Origin: Isurus oxyrinchus
Lineage: Eukaryota
Assembly (NCBI GenBank): GCA_026770705.1
Contig: JANJGN010000007.1
Span: 109,926,001 to 109,990,000 of the forward strand
Direction: 5' to 3'
DNA length: 64,000 nt
Part shown: positions 63,737 to 64,000 of the stretch, in pieces
Layout of the letters: each line of letters begins with the position of its first letter
Numbering within the stretch: position 1 is the stretch's first letter
Notes under the pieces: generated by a model
The model's database searches: none
What the model was told of the DNA's origin: nothing
Seen by the model: only the letters and a program-made list of their open reading frames with translations
Made by a program: the position numbers and the translations under genes

Positions 63737-64000
63737 CTGCTGGAGCAACTTCGAACAAACTGGAGCAGTTCCCTAAAGACTTGGACGTGACCAGTGGCGC
63801 GAATGTTTCCATATTCTGCAGATTTCCCATATTTCAAGGTTTTCCTGATGTTCGTTGGTGGAAACGCGACGAGGAAACCTTTCTGGAACCAGATAGCAGA
63901 AAGCGAGTTGATGTAAAAAAAGGAAGTAGTTCGTTTGACATCCTGAATGTGACTTTTACAGACTCCGGGGTGTATTATTGCAAAGTAAGGCATAGGCAAA
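63737..64000 (+). CDS. Type-A receptor copy 2, V exon (partial; open to the window end)
   Basis: tttttttgatag acceptor; AAGATSNKLEQFPKDLDVTSGANVSIFCRFPIFQGFPDVRWWKRDEETFLEPDSRKRVDVKKGSSSFDILNVTFTDSGVYYCKVRHRQ with no stop; canonical Cys-Trp-DxGxYxC; two N-glycosylation sequons. Confidence 0.85.

Larger units (their letters stand above)
41345..64000 (+). repeat. Segmental duplication unit III (most complete; runs off the window)
   Basis: Contains homologs of blocks from both unit I and unit II in the same order. Confidence 0.8.

Overview
Repeat-rich vertebrate genomic DNA, almost certainly elasmobranch (shark-like), judged from HE1/HER1-type tails and the CR1, Penelope-like and Tx1 content. 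Most ORF-track entries are decayed retroelement fragments or chance ORFs. The main biology is not in the ORF track and was found by manual translation and splice-site reading. It is a tandemly triplicated cassette (units ~2.0-29.4, ~29.4-40.5 and ~41.3-64 kb) of non-rearranging, antigen-receptor-like Ig-superfamily genes. Type A (+) is leader / germline-joined VJ / C1-set / two micro-exons / dual-ITIM tail. It is a pseudogene at 12.5-20.3 kb, and a second copy starting at 63481 is open as far as the window goes. Type B (+) is a divergent VJ / C1 / TM gene with a very short tail, present as two pseudogenes and one truncated relic. A possible third, heavily decayed VJ exon (type C) lies on the minus strand head-to-head with type A. 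Together they suggest a paired inhibitory / short-tailed VJ-C1 receptor family under birth-and-death evolution. Also present: a stack of tRNA-Thr-derived SINEs plus a Tx1 3' end at one target site whose empty state survives in a paralog, a solo LTR, nested CR1/Penelope insertions and Penelope hammerhead motifs. All alignments were done by eye, and repeat boundaries are approximate.
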